From the NCBI GenBank assembly GCA_938075675.1, contig CALJHE010000006.1, positions 88,415 to 152,414 of the forward strand: a DNA stretch of 64,000 bases, in the 5' to 3' direction. Made by a program: the position numbers and the translations under genes. This DNA is from Candidatus Poseidoniaceae archaeon. Its GTDB lineage: Archaea; Thermoplasmatota; Poseidoniia; Poseidoniales; Poseidoniaceae. Shown piece by piece: positions 41,101 to 49,139 of the stretch (within the stretch, counting starts at the first letter, position 1; every line of letters begins with the position of its first letter). Below the pieces are notes generated by a model. The model saw nothing but the letters and a program-made list of their open reading frames with translations, was not told the origin of the DNA and ran no database searches.

Positions 41101-44100
41101 CTCGACGGTTGTGTCATGATTCTCAAGGGTTCATCGCTTAAGGTGAAGAGCACTGCAACCAGCAGTCCTGTTCTTACACTCACGAACGGTGGCAAAGTAA
41201 TCGTATCTGTTTCACCAGATACCGGTGCAGTCGGAGCTATTAGTGCAGTTTCACCTTCATATGGACTCAACTTGGACATTGTTGCAGGAACTCTAGAACT
41301 CGACGGCGGAATAGTACGTGATCTCGCTCAAGATTCAACCACAGACTCCGCATTGTACATCGGTGATGGGGCCACTCTCAAGATGATGGATGGTGCATCG
41401 ATTTTCGGCGCATCTGCAAACTCTGACGATATGGCTACTGTGAAAATCGACGGTGGAACAGTTAACATTGCTGATTCTTCAATCGTAAACACCGGTCAAT
41501 CCGGAACAGCTCTTTGGGTTGAAGCATCTGGCGGATTCATCGACAATGTCGTTGTCAAGAACGCTGCTGTTGGTATTCAATCTTTCAACGGTGCTCCACA
41601 GGTTGACGGCTTCACATCAACAGACAACACCGTGGGTGTTGATATCTACGGTGGAATGTCCCTACCTACAATTTACCGAAGCACATTGCTTAGCGGTGAA
41701 AGCACAGGATGGACGACCTACAAGATTGACTTGTCGACCTTCCTCGGTGAGGATTTCTTGCAAGTCGGTATGAACAGTATCTTTGGCGGTGGAAACGCTC
41801 ACCCAAGATACAATTACGGTACCACAAAGTACTACATGATTACCGATCGATACAACATCGAATTGGAAGACGACAATGGAAACACGTGGAACATCACTGA
41901 TGCAGATGACCTTGGTTACTACCCAATCAGCGCCGCTGATCCGAAGTCTGGTACGCCTGGTTACGCAACCTATGCGCCTGGTGCAGTCGGTGGTGTCCCA
42001 AGTTTGGATTGTAACACCAACGGATACGCTTACGGGCCAAATTATCCATCAAGCTCGATTGGTTATTACTACCAGATCTGGTCACAATGGGCAGGTTCCA
42101 CCCCTGGATATCCTGCTTACTATGAATCCAAGCCTCTTGAGTTCGGTTTCGACTGGGAAAACATCGAAGATGTCTCACCAACAGGTTACTACGCATACTA
42201 CCCTTACCACTATTGGGGTGCTTACTACACTACTTACCACGCAATGTACAACCCAGTCTTCTATCCTCCTGAAGGAATGCAAGGAAGCTACAACATTTGT
42301 TACGACCGTGCTTACACTTACTACATGAGTCCTGGACAAGGTGCTCGAATGACCATGCCGACCATCGACATCTCTGCTTCTAACCTCAGCAAGGTTTCGT
42401 TGTACATGGACGTTCTTCACAACCGTGCAGACAACTACCAAGACCGTTTGGAAATCGTTGCCCGCTCGGGTGACAACGCAGCACTACTTGGTGCCTACGC
42501 TCGTGAATCCGGTACTCCGCTCTTCAAGGATGGAACGATTACTGGTGCAGACACTGGAGTGTCCATTGGTGGCGCATTCGCTGCCGGACACATCCAAGAT
42601 GTTACCGTTACAAACCCAACCGATTCAGGTATGGAAGTCTCAGGTCAAACTGCAGCTACAAGCGACGGATTAACCGTTACTGGTGGAGATTACGGTATTC
42701 TAGTTGGTAACTCAGCATCTGGTTCCATGGACTTCATGAACATTGATTTCGATGGAAATACCAATGCAGGTATCTACTACACGAAAGATCTCGCAGGTGA
42801 TATGTCTGGAACCGTTGAAAACAGTGGAACTGCATTCAAGTACGGTGCAAACACTGCAAATGATGTCTCCTTCTCGGATGTCACCATCTCGACCAACGCT
42901 GTTGGTGTTGAAGCAAGCGGTACTGGTGATTTCACCTTTACCAATGTGACAATGGGTAACACGAAGGATTTCTCAATAACCGGTCAATCGAACATTGAGT
43001 TCATCGAAGGTACTGTGGATTCGACAACCGTCGATGTCACTGGCGTTGGTGAGTTCACTCGAAAGCGATCTATGGAAGTTGAGTTGCTCGCCGACACATT
43101 TGCTGTCTCCGGCGCAACGGTCACATTGATTGACGCTGATGGTGGTGCTGCTGGATCTGGAACTACGGACTCCAACGGTATCGCAGAAGGATTGAACTTC
43201 ATCACTGCTGTCGTTGATAGCAATGGATTGACAATTCCTTCCCTCGCAGGATACGAAGTAATGAGTGTTGCAGAAATCGACTACTTCTACACAACCAGTA
43301 CGAACAACAAGGCTGACTTCCGCTATGCCACCCAAGGCGTAACACTTACTGACGTTTCAGGGAACAGTGCAACGGTGCCACTTACCACTCAGATTTCTGA
43401 GCGTGTATGCTGGTACTCAACCAGTTCTGCTTACACAACCGTGACTCCTTGTGCGGGTTCATTCTTTACGAGTGGAACACGTACCTACGACGATGGTAAC
43501 GGTGGAACGGTCAATGAATACGCATACTCGAATTCCTTGACGATCAACCAACAAGGCAACACCATCATGATGGACGTGCCATACATCTACCTGAAGTCAA
43601 ACACACCTTACAACTTCAACGGATCGACTATTCTATCCACTGGTGCATACGATTTCTATGACTCACAACGTTGGTACACAAATTACCCATACGGTGGCGA
43701 AGTTTACATGAACGATGCTGCTCTATATGGTGTCACTGTCAACGATGACACCGGTGGCATGTACGGTATCGAACTTGGTTATTATGGTTCTCCTATTACC
43801 ACATTCGTGGCAAACAATTCCATCTTCTCCAACATTGCGAAGATTGAGTCACAGAACGGATACACATGGGGTTCGAGCAACCAATACATTTGGGAAATTG
43901 AAGAATTCTCTGTCACGAATTCAACAATTACTCACTTCAAGGGCTATACTGCACTTAACAATGCAATCCAGAACACGGACATGTGTATGGTTCTATCCGG
44001 TGGCGAAGGTTCAGTCGTGAGTGATAACATATTCAACGACTGTGGCGTCGGTGTTGAACTCACACGTTCACCTTATTGGAATCGACACGGAACGAATGTA

Positions 44101-47100
44101 GGAGTAGACAATGTCACAATCTCGAACAACGTCTTCAATGACGGTGGAGAAATTGCTGATATCTGGCTCTACCGTGACGGTTCGAGCGAAAACGCATTGA
44201 TTTCGGGTAACATAATGAACAACGGTGGTGCAGCAGTTGCAGCAATTGGGATTTACGACGGTGGACACACTGGTACAATGATTACTGGAAACACGATCAA
44301 TTCAGTGACCGATGGAATTTACATTGATAATGCATTGGATTACCGTGTAACTGGCAACACCATCAACGGAGCTGGAGATTCTGCATATACTGCAATCAGT
44401 ACCGTGGAAGGCTACGGTGATATTGACAACAATACCATCGTTGATTCAGATGGCGGTATTGTCGTCGACAGTCCGACATCTCCTCCTGCGCCAACAACTT
44501 CGTTGTGCAGTATCTCGAGTAATTCCTATCGTTACTCCGCATCATGTACTGCAACCCTCGGTGTCGGTAAGACGCTCGATATCAACATCAGAACAGACTC
44601 TTGGGGCTATGAAGCAGCTATTCAGATTACCAAGCCTGACGGAACAACCGATTCATTCGGCCGTGGAACAAGTTCGACCTTTGCGAGCAACACTGCGTAT
44701 ACGCCACTTGCAACATACACTGCTCCAGGCGTTTACCTTCTTGCTCTGACAGACTCGTACGGTGACGGTGGTACAGATGTATTCATGGTCGAAGGCGGAA
44801 TTGCTGCTGGATACACCGGACCAACTCTTGCTGACAACTCGATCAGCATATCTGCTGGACGCACAGCACCAAGCGCTGTTGGACTTGTACTGGAAGACTG
44901 TGATGGAGTGAGCATTAATACCGCTCGTAACACCATTACTTTGTCTGACATGGCAATGGACATCGACAACTGTGACGTTACTGATCAATCCTCGGTGCTT
45001 ACCGGTAACGATGATTCCACAACTGTTGGAATTGATTCTGACGATGCTAGCGGAGACACACTTACCCTCAGCGGTACGACAATCTCTGGATACGCAACAG
45101 GTGTCGAGAAGACCAGCGGAGAACTCATCCTTACAGGTGATGCATCCATCTCTGGTGACGACTACGGTGTCTATGTTGATGACGCAACTGTTGTAGCGAT
45201 TAACGCTGCAGTAGATGGTGGAGCAACCGGTACCGGTCTCTATGTCGTTGACAGTGATGATGTATGGGTATACCCAATGAACGCTTCCGGATTGGTCGGA
45301 ATGTACGTCGAAAACTCACCATTCCGTTGGGATGGAGGAACATCGACTGCTACGACAACCATCGAAGTCGTTGAATCACAAGGTAGTGTTGAAAACATGA
45401 CTTGGACCACCTCCTCGACTCAGATTGATGCAGGAAGCAACGCCTACGTTACATCGATTGGTAACACAATTGATGAAAACAAGCTGATTGTCGACTCATC
45501 TGCAACTATTGATGAAGCAAACTTGTTCTCGATGGATTCAACCCACTTGAACGCTGCTCCAACAAATGAAGTTGCAATGATGATTAAGTCTACTGACGGT
45601 ACACGTGCATCCTATGTTTCGACAACCTTCCAACCAGAAATCATGAACGTTGATGGTTCAAACGATGACTGGGTTGGTGGAAACGCCCTCAACCCATCTG
45701 GCTATGCAATGCCAGGTCTCATGAGCGGTAATGGAACAAACGACATGCTTGTAACGTACATCGAAGGCGATGATCTCTACATTGGTCTAACCGGTGAAGA
45801 TCTTGCAGCAAGCGATGTTCTCATCTACCTCAGCGTTGATGGCAGCGGAAGCAGCACAGGATACAACCTCGGCGGATCTCACGAACTGCCATTCCAAGCA
45901 AACTACGTGCTTTGGGCAGACAGCGAGACATCCTATGACCTGTACAGCTACGGTTTCCTCGGATGGGGTGCAACCTCACTCAGCTCGGCTACCGTTGATA
46001 TCGCATCCACATCTGGATTGACTGAAATTTCCATACCGTTCTCACGAATTGGTGGAACACCAAGTCAGATTGACATCGTCGCAATCGTTCAAGGTGAATC
46101 GACCGCTGATGTCAGCACAGTTCACCCAACTCAAACGATCGATGCTTTGAACACGCTTCAGGACTTCTCTGAATACATCACTGTGGAACTCAACCACGAT
46201 GATTTGTTGACTGGAGAGATTAATGATGAAGTGCTTGTTTACCGCTCATTCAAGGGTACAACCACTCCGAGTGTTGCTAAGAACTACGATGTTCTCATCA
46301 AGACCGAAGCAGATTGTGAATACGATTGGGAAACTGCAACAGACTTGTCTCTTGCTACCAATGTCGCAATCACACTCGACATGGCTCGTGCTTGTCCTGA
46401 GATTCAATCGACTCTACAAGACATCACAGTTGCGGAAGATTCTGGCGCTTACACATTCAGCCTGACCAACATGGCAGACGACGTGCAAGACCTCGAAGCT
46501 GACCTCACATGGACCTCAGCAGCTGGCAACCTTGTCGCATACGACAATGTGCTTGTTGATTGGAACCAAAATGGACAAACTGTGACCATTACTCCGCTCG
46601 ATGACCAATTCGGTACTCTCGATTACGAGTTTGAAGTCACTGACAGCAATGGTTTGACAGACAAGAAGAACATCTCCTTCATTGTCACCAACGTGAACGA
46701 TGCCCCGGTAATCTGCAACGTTGAAGACGCAGGATGTATGCCTATCTTCTCCTCTGATGATAACTTCGACAACATCCTTGCAGAAGGATTTGGAACACAT
46801 ACCAAGGATCTCGGAGACGTTTCAAACGCTTCCAAGTCCTACATCCGTGACATGGCAAACGAACAATCACCTGTTCGCCAAGTCTACGATTGGGATGCAT
46901 CTGTTGACTCGACTTGTATCGCGTTCAGTGTTGAAGTGAACACACTCAACTCGCTTATCATTACCGAGAACACTTCCAACGAAAAGGGCGGTTCATGCAC
47001 AGTTACGCTTGAACTCTCTGATGACGGCAACGAAAACACCGATGCTATACCGTACACAGTCGACTTCTCAGTCGCTCCAGTGAACGACGCACCTGTGATT

Positions 47101-48906
47101 ACCTTGCAAGATGTTGACGGACAGAACTTGTTGGTCAGTGATGCTGGAAGCCGTGCAAACGGTGAAGGTGAATTCATCACCATGACGGAAGACGACACCA
47201 ATGTTGACAACCTCACTTGGGATCTTCTACCATTGATGAACGATATCGACCACGATGTTCCTGCAGACCTTACTTGGACTGTTGAGCCAACTGCACAGTG
47301 TGCATACACCAACTACTTCACAACGGCAATCGTCGGAACTGATTTGGTCTTCACACTGATTCCAGACGCAACCACAAACGGTTACGATTGGGAAGTTGAT
47401 TACATGAACGACAACGGTATCCACCAACTACGACCTGCTGGCCAAACTTTCTGTGCCATCAACTTGGTTCTCAAGGATACTGCTACCGCACCATCACACA
47501 CGCCTAACTACGACACGACTGTCCTCAACTCAGCATTCACTGAGCAACTGGCACCGTACGCTCAAGGCCAAGATGATGTTGTGATGTATGTCACAATTGA
47601 TCGTGTTGCAGAGAACGTCGCAGACTACTCACTTGACACAACATCTGGAGTGAACTTCAACGGCATTACCAACATCATGACTGGCACCTATGTTCCTGTT
47701 TCAGTGAACATCGATGCTGGTGGCGATGAAGGACCATACACGTACGACCACATGTTGGCAGTGACCTTCCACACAGATGGACACACTGAAGAAGAAACCA
47801 CACGATACTACAACGTTCCTGATTACGGAACAACGTTGACTGTTGAGGAATACATCTTCATGACCAAGGACACGACCAAGGTAGAAGTTTCAATGGATGT
47901 TCTAACATGTTTGAACAACCCATGTGACCTCACTGTTTCATCCAGCGAGCGATTCCAATCCGATGACCCTGAGTCCCACCGTGCAAACAACGGCGGTTCC
48001 CAAGGTGCTCTTTGGTCCTCTCCTGGTCAATATGGACAGAATGCATCGCAGACCTCGGAACGCCGACCAATGCTCGAAGACAGTTTCTGGTGTAACAACC
48101 GAATGACGACCTTGGACCTTGCAACAGCTGAAGCAAACAGCGATTGGGGCAAGTGTAACGAATACGCATCTGGCTCAGGTTCCTTCGGAGCAACTGGACA
48201 GAACCTACCGATCGTTGTCCGAACCATTGGAGCAAGTTCTGTTCCATCGTTCGCACCAAGCATCGTTGTGGTCAGTCTAACTGGCTTGTTTGTCAGCGCT
48301 CTTGCCTTCTCCAGCCGCCGTGCTGACGATGAAGAAGAAGTTGTTGAGAACAAACTCGAAGACGACGAAATGGCTGTGAGCCCAGTTATTGCTACCATCC
48401 TTATGGTTGCAATCACAGTGGTTCTTTCTGGTGTCATCTATGTGTGGGCAAGCAGCCTCGCAGAAACTGATGTCAAGGGTGTACCTCGAGTCACCTTTGC
48501 TATCGATGATGTCAACAGCTTTGATGTCGACGAAGGCCACTGGAGAATTACAGTTCAAGCGTCCGAAACTGACTTGGCAACCCAAGCAGTCGAGGTTCGT
48601 GTGTTCTATGTTGATGCCAACGGTGAGGCACAAGTAAAGACAACCAATCTAGCAGATACTGCAGGCGTTTATGGGTTCAATCCTCAGAACAGTGACTCTA
48701 TGGTTACGTTCGTGGACCAAGTGAATTCTGAAGGTGATGACAAGGTTTCGACCTTTAACACCGGTGACACAATCTTTGTGCGCACGCATGACACTGACGG
48801 AACACCACTTGAAGATGTGACCATCTCCTTGAACTACGCACCAAGTGCTGGTCAAGGTGCGCAACTTCGTACATGGTCTGGCTTGTCTTACGACATCAGC
48901 GCTTGA
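35140..48906 (+). CDS. Giant (~4590 aa) surface adhesin fused C-terminally to an archaeal type IV pilin
   Basis: Signal peptide; PVHY..W.DID/LAIDPT N-domain; DNRLRE-like, Ig-like, NIDO-like, parallel beta-helix, DOMON/CBM9-like and cadherin-like (VNDAPVI) modules; PSF-TM-RR anchor; then EMA|VSPVIATILMVAITVVLSGVIYVW class III pilin signal. ATG 35140 follows an AGGTGA RBS. Confidence 0.9.
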   Translation: MLGIKNTKKASVFNGIGIALLLCALMALMPMAGFVDNNAGDVEFVATNDTAGDDLLALPTSKETGIEYEYEPSDELIGMRDQTSKTFVLDDGKFVQLLHDAPVHYMGENGEWADIDLNVVATANGWEVADNTYTTQFAPETANGVAIQVNPSVDPIVMGMNPMLITLDETMTTPEIYDAAPSTDEVQVGGNMVRYPVAEGFSLDYTVQSNQLKQNLIVNERPILKETDAWFGFSELVQLPSGFALFLGETMLGEEMTQTQEPLDIRNTETGQLLAQIPVPVVVEEGNAAEPYTATYFIQVIDSQIIISTLVESDWIMSDDRAFPLAIDPTIQVSNVNSGYCYKNYNRCYMARTTTYLQKGQSSWSSYNANVNYYLPFNSFTFTTSNQLPNQAVVESISHYQTWTYQTGATTANSVAATVLQDCGSPTSSGMPYGWTMPAAPTNGCSNTLASSAYASTSTMYNNGNSRKLIASMWNSDSFDTVTPAYYSSTTADVCTTNATCATSTQASYITDAQNGSSTIAIGYKVPGNTGYTRAYHSNGGTTNSYLSITYSGGVDTDAPSSDFIPYHNVTSYIEGSRTFFTTLSDLSNIDTTANNKPTLNYALNNGSFTSVSATSIGTCSTTDATCQFRATTPTISAGDYVEYYWKFQDLNSNPNIGFDPALSGAQTVPTPYNFTVEDVEDAGDDKKLTVLMTDVHAGSYSSPSANQLIDRQFTHFDGSDEFYFEFDVSTCGTGSSQCFFTGSNWDAPNYYFYNNWMGQHATVAGSGSNGMGSSSTRSNTFEHMTNDGGYLTISADKGPGMNLLYLYDSGKNAFAMVGIGSSPSIDSKLSGGSQMDASYAYGNSPAYKITLGSDSAMTAAGEETYGGQMGLFSFGNATGGAGINANRLCVTTNGFVHFFRSPFASRDQCSGAYYYGGSYFSGGTTDERALPSYVWSGWVHAMGYYGSQAASGTQTYKIGGVAPIPDTFAPIADHSALSDSHSKDRTISVVLSDGGDPPTGLNVSTTAGVGPTLYYRITSADGTTGSWTSKLLTPQGSSTRAQCVLSACTWSADLEDLEREDSVEYYLYAEDTSQVASTVNSLTTSTETFSVGDPNKMFIVEWRDMQYTNNNFRCTFQAVFYDVTNEIEYHYDDACKNSYDAATVGFMDQTRSHGQTIRHRTSTSYLNGANPHTNNYRITTDSTDGAWESFDRGMNPMVNGIETDIMGTSGGTPSGYYCSSSYYFRTYGSQCADNIAMPNGFNFTYFGTDYNYTDSNDRINIERHGNMHFVSSGSTANVRAMTTWYGNMPKLPYSSNVAAPAGLIAPYWSYYGSYYCYQNTAVDCGVYYRTMPFEGKGTDVTSDITSDTTWDVEDSPVRINPAGDYLTISADLTIQPGTVIQVGAGKGISFDGACDKMTINGNSTDHVLFEGLGGADWKGMAFTGACSTSTDNRHVFSYVDFKNTTDAAIAAGSRHGSSPISNANVGNFTMNHVTFTDVGAAFEHGSGQGTVVSMTEFSVDGTDDSCFDFAEDTVATLTEGTIANCNKDGGANNGAIVNVAGSTGGSLFLENTTITNAYVNLISVDLDMVTISNVTATATNAQSGSALNSDAGAGAEVEIFNFDATNYASVSIDAMGSILMTDVDVGSASMNFFPGGSTTSSTTGAFGDNAVFDTVTAGNMIMRNLQPGTFDDISVDDLKIEGDTTNSDMVFINNLDVAHFEVTGCSGWNVGINSMTAERVTTNGCSAAKNSVLIADSTIAHTSALDSAVYARYSDVTIGETTMTSTTAGTGSIYLAQADTNSNIRLIEVTQNGDDCANVNGGTGDCDVDVASSSSEIWYGGLSTVRTYRIALVNNVPTNIYKSGHTVTAAVTDSSGSELFEVGSHITDTASSNLGTASVWVITGDESGGNTYSDHNIRAFGPAGQNETMTSASWYPTAGFTIGSTIDLLLEPAPVDFDQAGMDCAWMDAYVDPSNGGQLPTNGTTANGNTIFEFDGTPMTLSADLTLDGCVMILKGSSLKVKSTATSSPVLTLTNGGKVIVSVSPDTGAVGAISAVSPSYGLNLDIVAGTLELDGGIVRDLAQDSTTDSALYIGDGATLKMMDGASIFGASANSDDMATVKIDGGTVNIADSSIVNTGQSGTALWVEASGGFIDNVVVKNAAVGIQSFNGAPQVDGFTSTDNTVGVDIYGGMSLPTIYRSTLLSGESTGWTTYKIDLSTFLGEDFLQVGMNSIFGGGNAHPRYNYGTTKYYMITDRYNIELEDDNGNTWNITDADDLGYYPISAADPKSGTPGYATYAPGAVGGVPSLDCNTNGYAYGPNYPSSSIGYYYQIWSQWAGSTPGYPAYYESKPLEFGFDWENIEDVSPTGYYAYYPYHYWGAYYTTYHAMYNPVFYPPEGMQGSYNICYDRAYTYYMSPGQGARMTMPTIDISASNLSKVSLYMDVLHNRADNYQDRLEIVARSGDNAALLGAYARESGTPLFKDGTITGADTGVSIGGAFAAGHIQDVTVTNPTDSGMEVSGQTAATSDGLTVTGGDYGILVGNSASGSMDFMNIDFDGNTNAGIYYTKDLAGDMSGTVENSGTAFKYGANTANDVSFSDVTISTNAVGVEASGTGDFTFTNVTMGNTKDFSITGQSNIEFIEGTVDSTTVDVTGVGEFTRKRSMEVELLADTFAVSGATVTLIDADGGAAGSGTTDSNGIAEGLNFITAVVDSNGLTIPSLAGYEVMSVAEIDYFYTTSTNNKADFRYATQGVTLTDVSGNSATVPLTTQISERVCWYSTSSAYTTVTPCAGSFFTSGTRTYDDGNGGTVNEYAYSNSLTINQQGNTIMMDVPYIYLKSNTPYNFNGSTILSTGAYDFYDSQRWYTNYPYGGEVYMNDAALYGVTVNDDTGGMYGIELGYYGSPITTFVANNSIFSNIAKIESQNGYTWGSSNQYIWEIEEFSVTNSTITHFKGYTALNNAIQNTDMCMVLSGGEGSVVSDNIFNDCGVGVELTRSPYWNRHGTNVGVDNVTISNNVFNDGGEIADIWLYRDGSSENALISGNIMNNGGAAVAAIGIYDGGHTGTMITGNTINSVTDGIYIDNALDYRVTGNTINGAGDSAYTAISTVEGYGDIDNNTIVDSDGGIVVDSPTSPPAPTTSLCSISSNSYRYSASCTATLGVGKTLDINIRTDSWGYEAAIQITKPDGTTDSFGRGTSSTFASNTAYTPLATYTAPGVYLLALTDSYGDGGTDVFMVEGGIAAGYTGPTLADNSISISAGRTAPSAVGLVLEDCDGVSINTARNTITLSDMAMDIDNCDVTDQSSVLTGNDDSTTVGIDSDDASGDTLTLSGTTISGYATGVEKTSGELILTGDASISGDDYGVYVDDATVVAINAAVDGGATGTGLYVVDSDDVWVYPMNASGLVGMYVENSPFRWDGGTSTATTTIEVVESQGSVENMTWTTSSTQIDAGSNAYVTSIGNTIDENKLIVDSSATIDEANLFSMDSTHLNAAPTNEVAMMIKSTDGTRASYVSTTFQPEIMNVDGSNDDWVGGNALNPSGYAMPGLMSGNGTNDMLVTYIEGDDLYIGLTGEDLAASDVLIYLSVDGSGSSTGYNLGGSHELPFQANYVLWADSETSYDLYSYGFLGWGATSLSSATVDIASTSGLTEISIPFSRIGGTPSQIDIVAIVQGESTADVSTVHPTQTIDALNTLQDFSEYITVELNHDDLLTGEINDEVLVYRSFKGTTTPSVAKNYDVLIKTEADCEYDWETATDLSLATNVAITLDMARACPEIQSTLQDITVAEDSGAYTFSLTNMADDVQDLEADLTWTSAAGNLVAYDNVLVDWNQNGQTVTITPLDDQFGTLDYEFEVTDSNGLTDKKNISFIVTNVNDAPVICNVEDAGCMPIFSSDDNFDNILAEGFGTHTKDLGDVSNASKSYIRDMANEQSPVRQVYDWDASVDSTCIAFSVEVNTLNSLIITENTSNEKGGSCTVTLELSDDGNENTDAIPYTVDFSVAPVNDAPVITLQDVDGQNLLVSDAGSRANGEGEFITMTEDDTNVDNLTWDLLPLMNDIDHDVPADLTWTVEPTAQCAYTNYFTTAIVGTDLVFTLIPDATTNGYDWEVDYMNDNGIHQLRPAGQTFCAINLVLKDTATAPSHTPNYDTTVLNSAFTEQLAPYAQGQDDVVMYVTIDRVAENVADYSLDTTSGVNFNGITNIMTGTYVPVSVNIDAGGDEGPYTYDHMLAVTFHTDGHTEEETTRYYNVPDYGTTLTVEEYIFMTKDTTKVEVSMDVLTCLNNPCDLTVSSSERFQSDDPESHRANNGGSQGALWSSPGQYGQNASQTSERRPMLEDSFWCNNRMTTLDLATAEANSDWGKCNEYASGSGSFGATGQNLPIVVRTIGASSVPSFAPSIVVVSLTGLFVSALAFSSRRADDEEEVVENKLEDDEMAVSPVIATILMVAITVVLSGVIYVWASSLAETDVKGVPRVTFAIDDVNSFDVDEGHWRITVQASETDLATQAVEVRVFYVDANGEAQVKTTNLADTAGVYGFNPQNSDSMVTFVDQVNSEGDDKVSTFNTGDTIFVRTHDTDGTPLEDVTISLNYAPSAGQGAQLRTWSGLSYDISA

Positions 48907-48926
48907 GTTTAATCGCTTAAGTGATG

Positions 48927-49080
48927 AGAAAACGGACGCATTGGGGAGGGGTTTGATCCCCTCCCCTTTGTCTCCCGCATCCCTTTGATGGGATGACTAC
49001 CTTTCGAGGTAGAGAGCTACACGATCGCAGGGGGTTTCCTTACGGGGCCCCCTGCCTTCGTCCTTTTTTTTATTTTTATT
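48927..49080 (+). ncRNA. Putative structured 3'-UTR or small RNA (four hairpins in a closing stem) followed by a U-rich terminator
   Basis: Hairpins at 48943-48966, 48978-48995, 48997-49012 and 49027-49055; GGACG(48934)/CGTCC(49059) closing stem; T-tract 49064-49080. Confidence 0.55.
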
Positions 49081-49139
49081 CTTACTACGGTTCCGAGCGA
49101 ACCCTTTCAAGTGATGAGTCTAACAGGATATTGATACTC

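Noticed and set aside
41980-42330. Tyr/Asn-rich segments as diversity-generating retroelement targets
   Set aside because: No reverse transcriptase and no near-identical template repeat are visible in the window.
35140-48906. Giant ORF as an Rhs/polymorphic toxin or intein-containing protein
   Set aside because: No YD repeats, no DPxG Rhs core end, no immunity gene and no recognisable Hint motifs; the C-terminus is a pilin.
48993-49139. N-terminal extension of the HAD phosphatase in the ORF track
   Set aside because: It runs through the hairpin and T-tract region; ATG 49140 sits just before HAD motif I. Upstream extensions at 7544, 8419, 10634, 13178, 26196, 55517, 57063 and 63950 were trimmed for similar reasons.
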